From: Heptranchias perlo
Taxonomy: Eukaryota
Length of the DNA: 64,000 nt
Direction: 5' to 3'
Assembly (NCBI RefSeq): GCF_035084215.1
Contig: NC_090335.1
Coordinates: 47,864,001-47,928,000, forward strand
Shown: in pieces, positions 48,847 to 62,294 of the stretch
Numbering within the stretch: the stretch's first letter is position 1
How the letters are laid out: each line of letters starts with the position of its first letter
Position numbers and translations under genes: made by a program
Notes under the pieces: generated by a model
Database searches by the model: none
The model's input: the letters and a program-made list of their open reading frames with translations, nothing else
What the model was told of the DNA's origin: nothing

Positions 48847-51264
48847 ACTGTCTTTCAGATGAGAGGTTAAACCAAGGCTAGTAGTCCAGTTCAGGTAGAC
48901 ATAAAAGATCCCATGGTGCTATTTGAATTAGAGCAGGAAGCTATCTGAATGTCTTGGCCAACATTCATCCCTCAAACAACACTATGAAAACAAACTAACT
49001 GGTCATTCATCTCATTTACTTTGGGATCTTGCTATAAGCAAGTTGAATGTCACGTTTATCTACATAAAAACAATGACCGCACTTCAAGCCAAGAGCACAT
49101 CACATAGTGAAATGGTTACAGAATGAGGTGGGAACAGAGTGAGATCAAGGAATTCTAAAATGCAAATTTGTTTAGAGTGAGAATTCACTGGTATGAGAGA
49201 AGCAGTGTGGAATTAGTTCAGAAAATGTGCATTTTATTGAACTGAAATTTAAGCTTAGATTTTAAGTTGTGCAGTTGCAAGTCAGTTGGCAGTTAACTGT
49301 CAAGTCAACTGCAAGTAGGTCACTGGCCAGATGTTAATTAGATACTCTGGTTGGGGGCCATAAATACAAGACTAAATATAAGAGACTTATAATAGAAAGC
49401 AGGAGAAACTTGTTTACACAGAGAGTTTAGAGGCTGTGGAATTCACTTTTAAGGTTAGTGGTTGAGGCAGAAACTATGTCAGCATTCTGGATTAGATTGG
49501 ATAGGTGGATGAAGGGAAGTGGAAACACAGTGGGTAATTGTGATTAGGACTATTTGCTCACTTGGTGGGTGGGTGCTGACATGGACTGGTTAGGCCAAAT
49601 GGCCTGTTTCCACATTTTAACTTCCATGTAAAATTAATTAATTCACCGTGAAGCACTTTGGGGTGTTCTCAGGACATGAAAGGCACGATATAAATGTAAG
49701 TTCTTTTTTTTCTTTCTTTCTCTCACTTTCATTCTTTCTCTCTTCTCCTCCACTCATTAGATCCCCAAGATGATCTCTCTCCCTTTCCCTTTTCCACCTG
49801 AACAACAAGAAGTCTCTCTTTCTTTTCCCAGGCTGCAGTGCTTTTGAAATTGGGAGTTGATTTATCAGAGTCAGATTTCACGTGTCAGATCTTCTCAAAC
49901 TTTATTGGGCCAAGTCCCATCATTTCAATCTTTTTCTTACCAAAAACATTTCATGGATTCTTGCACTAATCTAGCCATGGATATTGGTCTGCAAAAAAAG
50001 TGTGTCCCCGTATTCCTTTATTTCTATTTCTCTCTCTCTCTCCACTTCCATTTTATCCTCTTTCACTTCTGATCTTTTTCTTTTACATATGTTTTTCACT
50101 TCATTATCTTCTTTCTCTCTATCTTCTCCTTAACCACAAAGAACAGAGGAAATCCACTTAAAAATAATAAGAGGAACCGAGGAATACTTTATGAATAAGA
50201 ACAAAGGATTAAACAAAATGCTGGATAAAGTTATTAAAACAGATAGGTGTTGGTTGAAATGAAAGGCTTCACATTTTCATTTTTTGGTGCAATTTTTATT
50301 GAAAAATTGTTTTTTTATTTCCTTCAGACTTCTTCCTGATTTTCACCCATTTTTTTCTTTTGGCATTTCATTATCTTACATGTAAAATTCAGTTTTTCCA
50401 TTTATTTGGAACTGCAAATACTGCATCTGCAGAATAATAGAGACTTAACCAATGTCGAAGAAAACAGACTTAACCAAGTAAGAAGAAAATTGACAGGAAT
50501 ACTGGTTGGTTAACAAGCAGATTCAATGCACACATTAAACTGAAGACATTTCATTCTAAAGATATAAACATGTATTGAAAAATATTCAACATTTCTTGAT
50601 AATAATCCTTCATCCAATTATACTAAGCTTCGAGCATTATTGGAAATGAGTGTCTTCTAAATTTCATTCAGGTGAAATTGGGTATTATGTGAACAGCAAG
50701 AACTAAACCATTCCTGAGAGGACATGAAAGGTTGAATATGATCCGGAGAGAAATGGAGTTACTGTCCATTTCTAGCAGTGCTGGATGCTTATCAATGACC
50801 ACAGCTTGTAGGATAAACAGGATCTCGGCAGCTAACTTTCAATTTAAGTTTAAAATAAATAAATGGCACCCGTGACAATTTAGCATGTTTGTCTAGTGGG
50901 TAGCTGTGCCATACAGACCAGGCTTGTGGTGTTAGCTGATCTTTGTTGGGACAGCAGTAAGGAGCTCTGAGCACCCCTGAGTTCCTACTCCTTGGAGTGC
51001 CAAACATTCCAAGATGGTCTGCAAGGTTGTGAAGTTGTCTTGTACATGCTGTTAAGTGGACTCCATCTGCAGCACAATGTCTGGCATGGCCCCCAGTACT
51101 TGAATGACCCCCAGTACCTGCACCAATGCTTGAAGCTTTAGAAACAAAGTTTTTTAAAAAGTTGGATCCATCAAATCTTGATCTCCATGTTCTTCAGCCA
51201 AGAGGCCATACAGCTTGACCCTCTTTCTAGCAATGTTGTCTTCCTTGTGCCACCAGGACCTTCC

Positions 51265-51731
51265 CATAAGAGATAGGAGCAGGAGTAGGCCATTTGGCCC
51301 TTCAAGGCTGCTCCGCCATTTAATGAGATCATGGCTGATCTGATTTTTACCTCAACTCCACTTTCCCACCCTTTCCCCATATCCTTTGACTCTCTTGCTG
51401 ATCAAAAAATTGTGTAACTCAGCCTTGAATGTATTCAGTGACTCAGCCGCCACAGTTTTTTGGGGTAAAGAATTCCAAAGATTCACGATCCTCTGGGAGA
51501 AGAAATTCCTCCTCATTTCCGTCTTAAACGGGCGACCTCTTATTCTGAGACTGTGCCGCCTAGATTTAGATTCCCCCATGAGGGGTAATATCCTCTCAGC
51601 ATCAACCTATCGCGTCCTCTCAGAATCTTATATATTTCAATAAGATCTCCTCTCATTCTTCCAAACTCCAATGAGTATAGACGCAACCTGTTCAATCTTT
51701 CCTCATAAGACAACCCTTCCATACCCGGCTC
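51265..51731 (-). mobile_element. CR1 LINE 3' end
   Basis: SYEERLNRL..RMRGDLIEIYKI..RRNFFSQRIVNLWNSLP. Other CR1 tails at ~21900-21995, 49340-49630, 52310-52460 and 53150-53250. Confidence 0.88.
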
Positions 51732-52715
51732 AATCATGTTCTGCGTGTCTCCCAGTGCACTCCCCTCTGGCTCACTCACTAACTCCCATGGGATACAGTT
51801 TGGATAGATAGAATGAGTGATAGTGCATGCTGAGAAGTGCTGGCAAGGCCATATATCTTGGGACTTGTACGTTCTTTCTCAGTAACATTAATAGGAGGAA
51901 AAGAAAAAATGAGGCTGCAATGTTTCTTTTTTGCTGAACAGAGTTCACATGTAACTTACAATAGAAGGAGTGACCTGAGGCTCTCATGATATGGGTTGCT
52001 GACAGTTAAGGTGGGACACAATAGGGGATGAGAAGGAAGAGAAGCAGATGTTTATTATGAACCTGCAGCTGAAACATCCCCTCTTCCCAATCTCTGACAC
52101 CCTATATGAGCTCCCTTGTCAGGAATTGCTGCACTTGTTCATCATAGGATATTATAGGTTGGTTGCGGGGTTGCCATCTGTCACAGCTCTCTCCAGCATT
52201 ATGTTCTGTCTTCATATTGAAAAAGGAAAAAGGTCAGAATTCTCTTTTGTTCCTATAACATGCAGTAAAACACAGGTATTGTCATTCAGCTAGTAATGAG
52301 TGTGAAGAATGTGATTTACAAGGGAGTCAAAGGTTACAGTAGGTAGACAAGGAAAGTAGTGTTGAAGTCACAATCAGATCAGCCATGATCTTATCAAATG
52401 GCAGAGCAGGCTCGAGGGGCCGAATGGCCTACTCCTGCTCTTAGTTCGTATGTTTGTATGTAAGACAGGTGCACACAACAAGCAATTACATTCTATCTGA
52501 GGCTTTTGCAGGGTGAATGTATGTAAAGATGTGAGTGAAGGAGCTCTTGCAGGTGAAAGCTGGGGCTGTCAGGGGTACTGAATAGCCTCATGGGTATTGA
52601 AGATAAGTTATGTAAGTTATGAAAGTACTTAATAAAGTGAGGCGGAGAAATCGTTGCAAGTGGTAGCCATGCTAATTACAATGAATTCTTGGAAGGTGTT
52701 GATGGCTTCTCTTAC

Positions 52716-52960
52716 CTGGGCTGATGTCCTACAGTTATTAAACTTTTTCTCGAAAGGCCTGGCTGAGCAGCAGGTGATGGAGTTGACACTCACCGCCTTT
52801 ACAATCTCCTACCATTGCCTATAGGCAGCTGTCCGGGGGTCCTGCAACACTCGGCGCCAAAGAGTATTGCCTACCTCTGCCTTACTTCCTGTAACAGTAC
52901 TTCCACTGCCCCAACAGAGAACCCAGGGGCTCTCTGCCCTCCTGAAAACCTGGCAACCAT
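52716..52960 (-). pseudogene. Decayed Harbinger Myb/SANT exon
   Basis: Minus strand RAPGFSVGAVEVLLQEVRQR*AILFG...KKFNN..SAQ|gtaag. Confidence 0.6.
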
Positions 52961-54084
52961 TCTGCAATGGCACACCTTTCCCTGAACATACATAGTAATG
53001 ATGATCCCTGCCCCTTTAAGCTGCTGCAAGCCTTTAAATCCTACAGCAACATACTATTTCCTGCTGTGAAATGGGCGGGCTGCCAACAAAAGGTATTTCT
53101 GATGTTAGACCTTGCCCAAAATATTTTAACGAGGCTGACTTTAATGTGGCGGGGGAGTGGGACTAGCTGGATTGCTCTTGCAGAGAGCTGGCACGAACTC
53201 AACGGGCCGAATGTCCTCCTTCTGTGTTGTAACCATTCTATGATTCTAAGACTTTGGGGTCAGCATTCATCTCTTTGTGCGGATGGAATCTCACTCCACC
53301 TTACTTCCAGTTGGGTTCATGCCCAATCAGAAAATCCATGCTGGAATGTCTGTTACATGGAAATGTTTCACAGAAGATACACCCCATTCAATCAACCTTG
53401 CGTCGAAATTTGGAAACCGGGCTTGAATCAGATGCTCGGTTCATTTGTATTTTTCTTCAAATTAAGCCAGCTGCAGTTGAAGTTAAATTGAAAGTCACGA
53501 AAATCACTGCTCAATATTCCCAACTCCCCACAGCAGTGATTTTTGGGAAGAAAAAATTAGAAAAAATTTCAGGATCCCAGCCGTGCATAATTCACTACAT
53601 GGACAACTGTAGTGTTTTTACTGCTCTGCTGTATCAGGATTATCATCAGCAATTCAAGATGTGTAACTGTCTGGAGTGTTTATGCAATCTAATTTGTTAG
53701 GCAGTGTCTAATTCATTCTGTGGTGTTATTTGTGGATGAGGGTGTTTGTGTTGTGTATATATATGTGTTAAAGCATTAGTGATTCTAACCTGTGATAGCA
53801 GATAATTGAGTTTTTTTTAAATTTACTGAACTGTGTTTTTTATACAAGGTTTTGTAGCGTTCCTGGTAAAATCAGATAAATGGAGGTAACAAATATTAGA
53901 CAGAATCTAAAATGGACCATTTCATTTTATGCAACTAAATAACGATTATTTCAGAAACCTTCATATACATCTGCTTCACTTCCTTCTCATCCTATTATGC
54001 CCTTTATTTACTATCCTTACTTCAGATTTTGTCCTGAATGTAATAAGAACTCCAATTCACTCTGTGAACCCAGTGTAACCATTA

Positions 54085-56817
54085 GGACGGCTCCTTGGGG
54101 ACAAATGCTACCCTCTCTTTCCATGGCTCATGACGCCACCCCATAGGACTCGCAACTCCCAGCAGAAGTGAGATATAGTGAAGCTCACATGAGTATAAGA
54201 ATTCACATTGAGTAAGCATAGGAATGCTCAAAGAAAGGATCAGATGCCTGGATAGGTCATGGAGGTCCCCTCACTATGTTCCTCACATAGTATCACAAAT
54301 TTTGATAGCCTGTTGTGTCTTGCAACACGTTGCAATGCAGAAAGGCATCCAACTTGTCATGCTAGAGGAAGATTGAGATGCAGATGGTGACACCATGAAG
54401 AGTGAATATCAGGCATAGGAAGAGGAAGCAGATGAATCAACAGCCAAAGCAACTAGAAAGGTGTGACTGTGGTCTATTCAGGACTCCTTCACTGAAGCAT
54501 AAAGCACTGCTTGTCAACACACACTTCCATACAAAGAGAATCTCTGTGCTGCCCAACCAGCCTTTATATTAACTCCATCCAAAACTCCTTGAATGTGGAA
54601 GTTAGTGGAGAACATAAAGCCACCACATTAGTAACAGCACAAAATATAACATCATGTTTACTTTTTTCCTCAAGTCAGAAAACAACAGCATGAATCATTC
54701 CCCAAACAGAAGTTATGTACAATATTTGTAAACCTCTGGTGACTTTGCAAACCTCTGGTGAATTTCCCATTTTTCTTAAGACCTATTCAAACACTACATC
54801 TAAGTGCAACCTGAGGAACAGGAGTCTTGGATATGGATGGCACCTCAGAACGATCATGAGCCTCTTGGGGCGAAGGTGATCTTTCACTCAGGGCCGCTGA
54901 GTCCTGAGATGGACTGCGATGGGCCGTGTATTAGATATCGGCTCAGCGAGAGCCTGGTTCTGCTCTGACCTTTCCACTTGTGAAGGCATCTGGGGGATTT
55001 TTTTGGAGATCTCTGTGGTGCTGTTGTCTTGAGGGAAAGCTCATCATCAATGTAATCTTCAGGTCTCCCACCTGAACTAAGAACAGAATACTGCTGCCCC
55101 ACGACCTGCGGGACAACTGACCTGATGAAACTCTGAGAGAGATGGTACTGGTTATCCTGTAAGCCCACTGAGATGTTACTTTGGATCGTTCAGAATCCAT
55201 TAGTCATTGCTATCTCCATATGGTCCCCCAAAGTTTGAATGCCAGTAATCAATCCTTCCACTTGGAAGACATCTGGATGCTAAATTATTTAGGGTCAAAG
55301 ATGCAGATGTTACTGGAGCTGCCGCTCTTTCCAGCAAACACTGCACTGAAGTAAAACCCTCTCTGTAGGGGATGACATTGGGCTTCGTTGCCATGCCAGT
55401 CAATTGCTGCATGCCTGAGAGGCTGTGCAGTGCCTCCAAATGTGTCTGTTTTTCTACGAGCACCCTTCTTTTCATGGCAGCATCCCTGAAATCATCATCT
55501 GCTTGTTTGGCAGTGACATTTCCTTGGCCTCCACTTAACAATATCAGGTTCTGCTTCCATACATTCCGCCTCTGGATTCCTTATGCTCTGTGACTAACCC
55601 AGTGACATTTCCTCATCTGTACTATTTTGTTGATTCCCAGCCACTCTTATCTGGGCCGGTGGGTGTGAGTGAGAGTGAAAGTGACAGGGTGGGTGAGTTT
55701 CTAAGTCTGCTGCCAGCTGCGGAAGGGCCAAGAATTTTTTTCTCTGCTGCCTCTTTGCTTTGCGATTTTGAAGAAATAAAAAAGCTGTTGCCAACAGATT
55801 TCTGCTGTCACTTATTGCTATCCTCATCATCTTTCAGTGCAAGTACTGTTCATGCTTACCTCTATTTCCATAACCAGCGCCTCCAATATAATGTTTTGTC
55901 TGACTGTGAGCTCAGGGCCTTCGGTTTTTCTAGCTCGAGAGGAGTTACTCCCAGGATAGACATTGCTTCTTCCTCTAACTGGATCGATTGCTTGGTATCT
56001 GAGAAACCTCCACCTGTGGCCTGCAGCTCTATGGCATTGTGTGCCAACTTTTCCTGCAAGTAGAATTCATAAATGTGAAATAGCAGCAGTACGCTTTGAT
56101 GTTTATCTCATTTGACTGACAGTGTGTAGTGAAATAGAAGGATGTATTTAATGTTTGGACATTGGAGATGAGCTTCAAAGGGCTAGCATGCATGGCAAGA
56201 TGTGAAGGAATGTTAAATGGAGGGGGTCTGTGACAGACAAGCTGACTTGTACATGGACCAATATGTGTTCTTTGAAAGCCCAAGAATGCTGAACCACAAC
56301 ACTGAACACAGGGAGTGATGAATTTTTTCTGAAGGCATCAGCAAGCTGTCAGGGTACCTAGTTGGCAGGTCATGTTCCCTTGCTGCCCAGGTGAGGTTAT
56401 TAAATTTCTTCCTACATTGTGGGGTATGGTCTTTGGTGTTATGGAGATGCCATTGATTGCCTCTGCCTTATTTCAGTCAGCAGCACCTCCACATTGTGGT
56501 CTGTAAAGTTTGAAACCCTCTTTGCTGTCTTGTCAGGTGCCACCTTCTCTCCACCAGGAACCTGGCCTTTTAACCATATGCAAGCTTTTAAATCCTGCTC
56601 TGAGTCTGCTCCTGAACTTGCTTCATCCTGCCCTGCGCCCGCCCCACTCGATTTTCCTGGCCTCCTGGTTACTGTCCTGTTTTGCCCTACTCAGAATTAT
56701 TTAAATGAGCTGATCCCAGAACTCCTGACAGGGTCAACATTCTGAGGTACCTGCAGCTAGAAGTTCTGCCCTACCACATTTCCACCAGTGGAGAAGGACC
56801 AACCAAATTTCAGGCCC
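54085..56817. mobile_element. Old Harbinger relic: transposase C-terminus (+, ~54085-54500) converging on a multi-exon Myb gene (-, ~55200-56577)
   Basis: LLGDKCYPLFPWLMTP..EVRYSEAH..IE*..GMLKER..RCLDRS..ACCVL on +. KRVSNFTDHNVEVLLTEIRQR, QCRKKFNNL and QEKLAHNAIELQATGGG on -. Right TIR-like AAATTTCAGGCCC ends at 56817. Confidence 0.75.
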
Positions 56818-58496
56818 TGTGTCTTTGTGTATAGAGAGACTATTTTTGAGCTGTGGGTAACACTAGGGTAAAGAATTTATAATTACAGGTCTGTCATCGG
56901 TGGTGTTAGTTGTTGGAACAATTTGAGGTAGTGAATTTAGTATCATGCAAAATGTATATGACATAACTAAAGGCTCATGGCTTAAATGCAGTATTTCTTA
57001 TAATATATTAGTACCAATAAAGTATGTAATCCCAGTGACAACACTGACATTCTTTGGATCTTGAGTTGTCTTAAACTAGTATAACTATCCTAGAGTTTCA
57101 AGACAGTTTAAAAAATTCAATCAAATGTATTTAGTACAGATGGTGGTAACAGCCCAAATTTCTTCAGGGGTTCCGCCGGATGGGTAATTTCAGCGAGAGT
57201 CCAGCAGAACCCACCAGAAAACAGCAGGTACCCAGTTGTGCCAGGTCCTCGCTGATTCTGGGATTTCCCAGTTGGCCATGTTAGGGACAGAACTTCTGCC
57301 TGTCCCTTATAAAACCAATGATGTCAGTCCTTTTACTATTAGATCCCACTTCCCTAGCTCGGCAGGGACCTGGTGAATTACTGGAGGCCAGTACACTGAG
57401 TGAGATGCGGCATACTGGACCGCAGATATGACAAATGTGCCCCTGGACCTCTTTAAACAAAAAAATTTAATTGGATCGGTCCCGTTGTATAGGGGGTTAA
57501 GGGAAGCATTATTGAGTCTTAGGGGGAGAAAGTGCCTGGGTAACCACACCCCGTCCCCAGTGGTGGGCAGGAGTCTGGTTTTCGAGCTGCATAGGACAAG
57601 CAGGCATCAGGGCTGTGCCTCTTGTGGCTTAAGATGTCCTTCCAATGATCCTGCAAACTCCAGTGGCTTCAGCATTGGAGGGCATCGGAACAATTAGAAT
57701 TATGTACATAGAACTGATGCCCATCCTGCCAGGAGAGAGTTTGAGTAAGGCTTAGGGCTTGGAATTTAACAATCCTGCTGCAAAAGTGGGCCCCATTGAT
57801 CCTCAACTCTTCACGCAGATGGGATTTGGATAGCAAAATGTTCTGGAAAGCTACTATATCAGTCTGGAAGTTTATGCACGGTTTTTTAGATTTAGACCTT
57901 GGGATTACATCATGGATACGAGCGCAAGAATGATTAATGCATTTGTCTGAAATTCCTCGCTCTGAAATTTTAGCAAATGTGTTAATTCTTCTGCTAATAG
58001 ACGAGTGCATTCATAGGTTAATATCCATGCTGTAATTCTTAGCACCTGAAAAAAAAGAGCTAAGTGCTATTGCTAAAACAGTTCTGTGAGTTGATTCTGC
58101 TAATGGGTAATGCAAATCTCCATCTCTTCTCTATTTTCCACATGTTTTTCTCACTCACCTTTCATCTCCAGTCGCCATACTCCTTTAACCCTACAGGCCA
58201 GTATTAAGCTGTGAACATCTCCATGGTGAGGATCAGTGGTGCCCTGTAACCAGCCTCCATGAGGTTCAGAATTAAACACATTTTAGAGTTAAGTGAGACA
58301 GGCAGTTCCTGCTTTTTTTTTAACCAAGTCTGCAAAGAGTACCAGCATTGCCCATCCAAGAGATTAATTAACATTACCCAATTTCTGAAAAGATTGGGAG
58401 TCAATCTCTCAACCATTCATACATGAATTTAACTGTTTTAAATTAGTTTTTGTGCAATCTGCCCCTTTTGATATTTTTTCTCTCTTTCCCTTACAG

Positions 58497-58904
58497 TTAT
58501 TTCAGACACGCTCAGTGCAACATCAGTACCCCAGACCCTGAATAAAGTGGAAGGTGACTCCCTGGAACTGGTCTGTGAAGTATCCAAACAAACATCACAG
58601 CACACACACGTGGCTGTCACATGGTACCTACAGAAGGGAAATCAGAATCTCAAGGTCATCTCTCTAACACGAGATTTCATCCTACGTCCTGGAGAGTCAT
58701 ATAAGCAGAGACAGGCATCAGGAGATGTACGACTGGACAAGATTGGAGTCACTTCATTCAAACTAACCATCTATAAACTGCAGGCATTTGATCAGGGGGA
58801 GTTTTACTGTGAGGCTCGAGAGTGGATCCAAGACCCAGACAGGTCCTGGTACACCATAGCTACCAAGCGAACTGACAAAACAACTGTGAATATAAAAGCG
58901 ACTG
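58497..58904 (+). CDS. IGSF3: IGSF3-like exon, Ig-V domain 2 (EWI motif)
   Basis: cccttacag|TT...ACTG|gtaagg, 408 bp, phase 1/1. DTLSATSVPQTL..LELVCEV..DQGEFYCEAREWIQDPD. Confidence 0.95.
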
Positions 58905-58994
58905 GTAAGGCACTGATTTATAGCGGTTATTGTTCAAAAGCAGTAGTCAAAATCAGTATAGCCTTTATATGAATAAGCATTGAATAATGCATTC

Positions 58995-59154
58995 AAAAGC
59001 AAAATACTGAGGATGCGGGAAATCTGAAATAAAAACAGAAAATGCTGGAAACATTCAGAACAGTTCTGACGAAAGGTCATCGACCTGAAACGATAACTCT
59101 GTTTCTTCCTCCACAGATGCTGCCTGACTTGCTGAGTATTTCCAGCATTTTCTG
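58995..59154. mobile_element. Family P2 PLE-type terminal fragments in inverted arrangement, with a mutated hammerhead (59062-59098, +)
   Basis: CAGAAAATGCTGGAAA ... TTTCCAGCATTTTCTG. Hammerhead AGTT-CTGACGA-A-AGGTC(ATC)GACCT-GAAAC-GAT-AACT. Confidence 0.7.
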
Positions 59155-59882
59155 AGAATAATGTGTTGTTGGCATATAATAATATTACATGTGAAATTGA
59201 TAACATTAAGAGGGTCATAATCAGGGTTCCAGAGCAGCAAAGGATGCTTATGCCCAGTGATCTCCCAGCAGGTTTATTCTGATAGTCAGGCCATATCAGC
59301 CATAGATGCTGAGTAGAGGCCATATAAGTATGGGACTGGGGAGGGAATATTGGAGGATGACCCATTCTCAGCGGCTTATTCAAACCTTCTAGTGTCATTT
59401 GGTTCAGTTAGTAGCACTCTTGCCTATTTGGCAATCTCTTTCAGCTGCAAGCAACTGATGTACTCCACTATTGTGAGGCACTCCATCTAGCAACTCAGGG
59501 AAAATGACATAACTCCTCTTAGAATTCCTCACTGTGGGGAGGGTTCCTATTCCTTATTGCTATCTCAGTGACTCTTGCTGGTTAGTATTCATGGCTGGAC
59601 ATCAGGTGAGGACAGAATCTAGTAGTCTGTTGACACTCACTGCTTGGGCTTATTCGGGACCATCTCAGTAATGCACCAAGAGAGCATGTGACCTGTCCTA
59701 GCACAAGTCAGAATTTTTAGGAGAGAAGGGGGGAAAATTTGGGGTGTGGGAGGACAAACTGCAGTCGGCAGATATGGGTAACTGTCTCAGACAGTCCTAG
59801 GACGTGAATTATGAGCTATTAATTCTTTACTGCTGGATTCCCAAGCTCTAATCTTTATCTGCATGTTCATGTTTTGTTACAG

Positions 59883-60272
59883 ATAAGAATTTCAATGTTC
59901 AAATAGAGAATGAAAGGAGAGTTTTCACAGCTGGAGATACCATGGAGTTAAGATGTGTCATTGAAGCTCAAAATATACAGGACCGATATTTCTCTGTGTT
60001 GTGGATTTTTAATGGCTCACAGATTGCCAACATTGGCCGTAATGCTGTACCAACAGTCAATGGTGAATACACAACCAGAGAGCGTCTGGGATATGTACGG
60101 TTTGCAAAGGTGACTGATACAACGTACCTGCTGAAAATCTACCATGTTCAACTGGAGGACAGCGGCAAATACCATTGTCGAGCCACTGAGCATGAGAAAA
60201 CAGTGACGGGAGAATTCATTGCCAGAGACACAAACAAATCTACTAAAGTTTTAATCAGTGTCCAGCCTGTCA
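59883..60272 (+). CDS. IGSF3: IGSF3-like exon, Ig-V domain 3
   Basis: ttgttacag|AT...GTCA|gtaagt, 390 bp. DKNFNVQIE..LRCVIEAQNIQDRYFSV..EDSGKYHCRATEHEKTVTGEFI. Confidence 0.95.
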
Positions 60273-61726
60273 GTAAGTAACTGTCTAAAAATGTTACTGG
60301 CTCTTGAAGAATTAACAATATATAATCTTTTGGTAGCTAGGGATAACTGGAGACCAATTCCAGAATTCTTTGCGTACCCTTTCTGGCAGACAAAGAAGCT
60401 GATTTGGCACAGCAGTGCCTCTAGTTAGTGTGCTTCTTGTCACAAGTGGTCTTTCTCTGCAACTAACGTTATCTCGTATTTTGAATTCAAATCATCTAAT
60501 CAGAGAGCTACATTGTGGTTCTCATATTCTCAAGGTTACTCTAGGCTGTATGGAAATATTGTTGCTTAGTGACACAGCTCTTATCAATATGCGAGGAAAC
60601 CATTAAAAAAAACTTTCCCATGGTTACACAAGAGTCTGCTTGTTTCTGTTAACTCTTCACAAAGGAATCTAGGTTTAATGTGGCCCAGTTATCAGACCCA
60701 ATACATATTTGAATAAAGATGCAGAATAAAATTAAGGGGATGATTTGGACCGGAATTGCTTTTTTAAGACTAATTAAACCCAAATTATGTCATGGGGCTA
60801 AAAGCTCACCAACTAGTTTTGACAATTTTTGTAACAGGAATTTTGCTGTTGTGCAGGAATCTTATTCCAAAGCATGTGTTTGCAGCAAGAACTTTTGAGT
60901 TTGAGTGGCATAATTTTTGTTCATCAAATAGGCACTGTAGTGACAGCCCAGTCTACACCATCTCACTGATCCGCCTGCAGCTTCTGATGTCAGTTGCATT
61001 ACTCGTGCAAACACAAACAAAACCTAACCAGAATGGTTGACTGAAAATCACTAGCCAATGTTAGCATTGAGCGCATTTCCCTTTGATGTTTTTGCCTTTC
61101 ATCTTTCCCCAAAAATTGATAGTAGCTTGACTTTCACAAAAGCAGCATTACATTGTGGTATTAATGTCAGATTTTGAATTTCTTCATATGAAGGTATGTG
61201 AATCTTCTGTGAAGTAACGAAAAGGATCATGAAAGTACTTCATACTGACACTTACTGGGAGTGCTCCAACTTCTGGTTTTCAAAAAGATTAGATGAATTG
61301 ATCAAGAGAACAACATCAAAGCGACGTGCTGAGATGAAGGGGAGGACCAAAGTGAGCTGTAGACATCCTGCCCTCCTCTCCATTACAATTGCTACCTGTC
61401 CCTATTTAGATGCTGCTCATTTGAGATCCAGTTTCCAAATTCACCATTTATACTGGCAATTGGAGACCAGATTAGAAAGAAAATCTAGTGAAGTCTGACT
61501 TTTATTAGTTTAAATTTCACGAATTCTGCAATTGTGGCAAGCCAATGTGGCAACAACTTGGTCCTATTCACACTGATTTGCCAAATATTTATGGTCATAT
61601 TTACTCTGATTTGCCTGCCCCATCCCCTTTTTATGCTGTCCACAACATCCACCCTTTTTGAGAGGTAATCACTCCATTAAAATAGAATTTGGTATGAACA
61701 TGTTACAGTAATATTGTTCTAGGCTT

Positions 61727-62294
61727 ATAGGAACATAGGAACAGGAGTAGGCCATTCAGCCCCTCGTGCCTGCTCCACCATTTGATAAGATCATGGCTGA
61801 TCTATGATCTAACTCCATATACCTGCCTTTGGCCCATATCCCTTAGTACCTTTGGTTGCCAAAAAGCTATCTATCTCAGATTTAAATTTAGCAATTGAAC
61901 TAGTATCAATTGCCATTTGCGGAAGAGAGTTCCAAACTTCTACCACCCTTTGTGTGTAGAAATGTTTTCTAATCTCGCTCCTGAAAGGTCTGGCTCTAAT
62001 TTTTAGACTGTGCCCCCTACTCCTAAAATCCCCAACCAGCGGAAATAGTTTCTCTCTATCCACCCTATCTGTTCCCCTTAAAATCTTATAAACTTCGATC
62101 AGATCACCCCTTAACCTTCGAAACTCTAGAGAATACAACCCCAATTTGTGTATTCTCTCCTCGTAACTTAACCCTTGAAGTCCGGGTATCATTCTAGTAA
62201 ACCTACGCTGTACTCCCTCCAAGGCCAATATGTCCTTCCGAAGGTGCGGTGCCCAGAACTGCTCACAGTACTCCAGGTGCGGTCTAACCAGGGT
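61727..62294 (-). mobile_element. CR1 LINE 3' end
   Basis: ORF 61809-62228 is an ORF2 C-terminus; tail (TTCCTAT)n on -. Confidence 0.9.

Noticed and set aside
36390-58497. In-frame Myb-IGSF3 fusion from H2/H4 donors
   Set aside because: The Myb donor is phase 0 and the Ig exon is phase 1, and the H2/H4 Myb exons are frameshifted.
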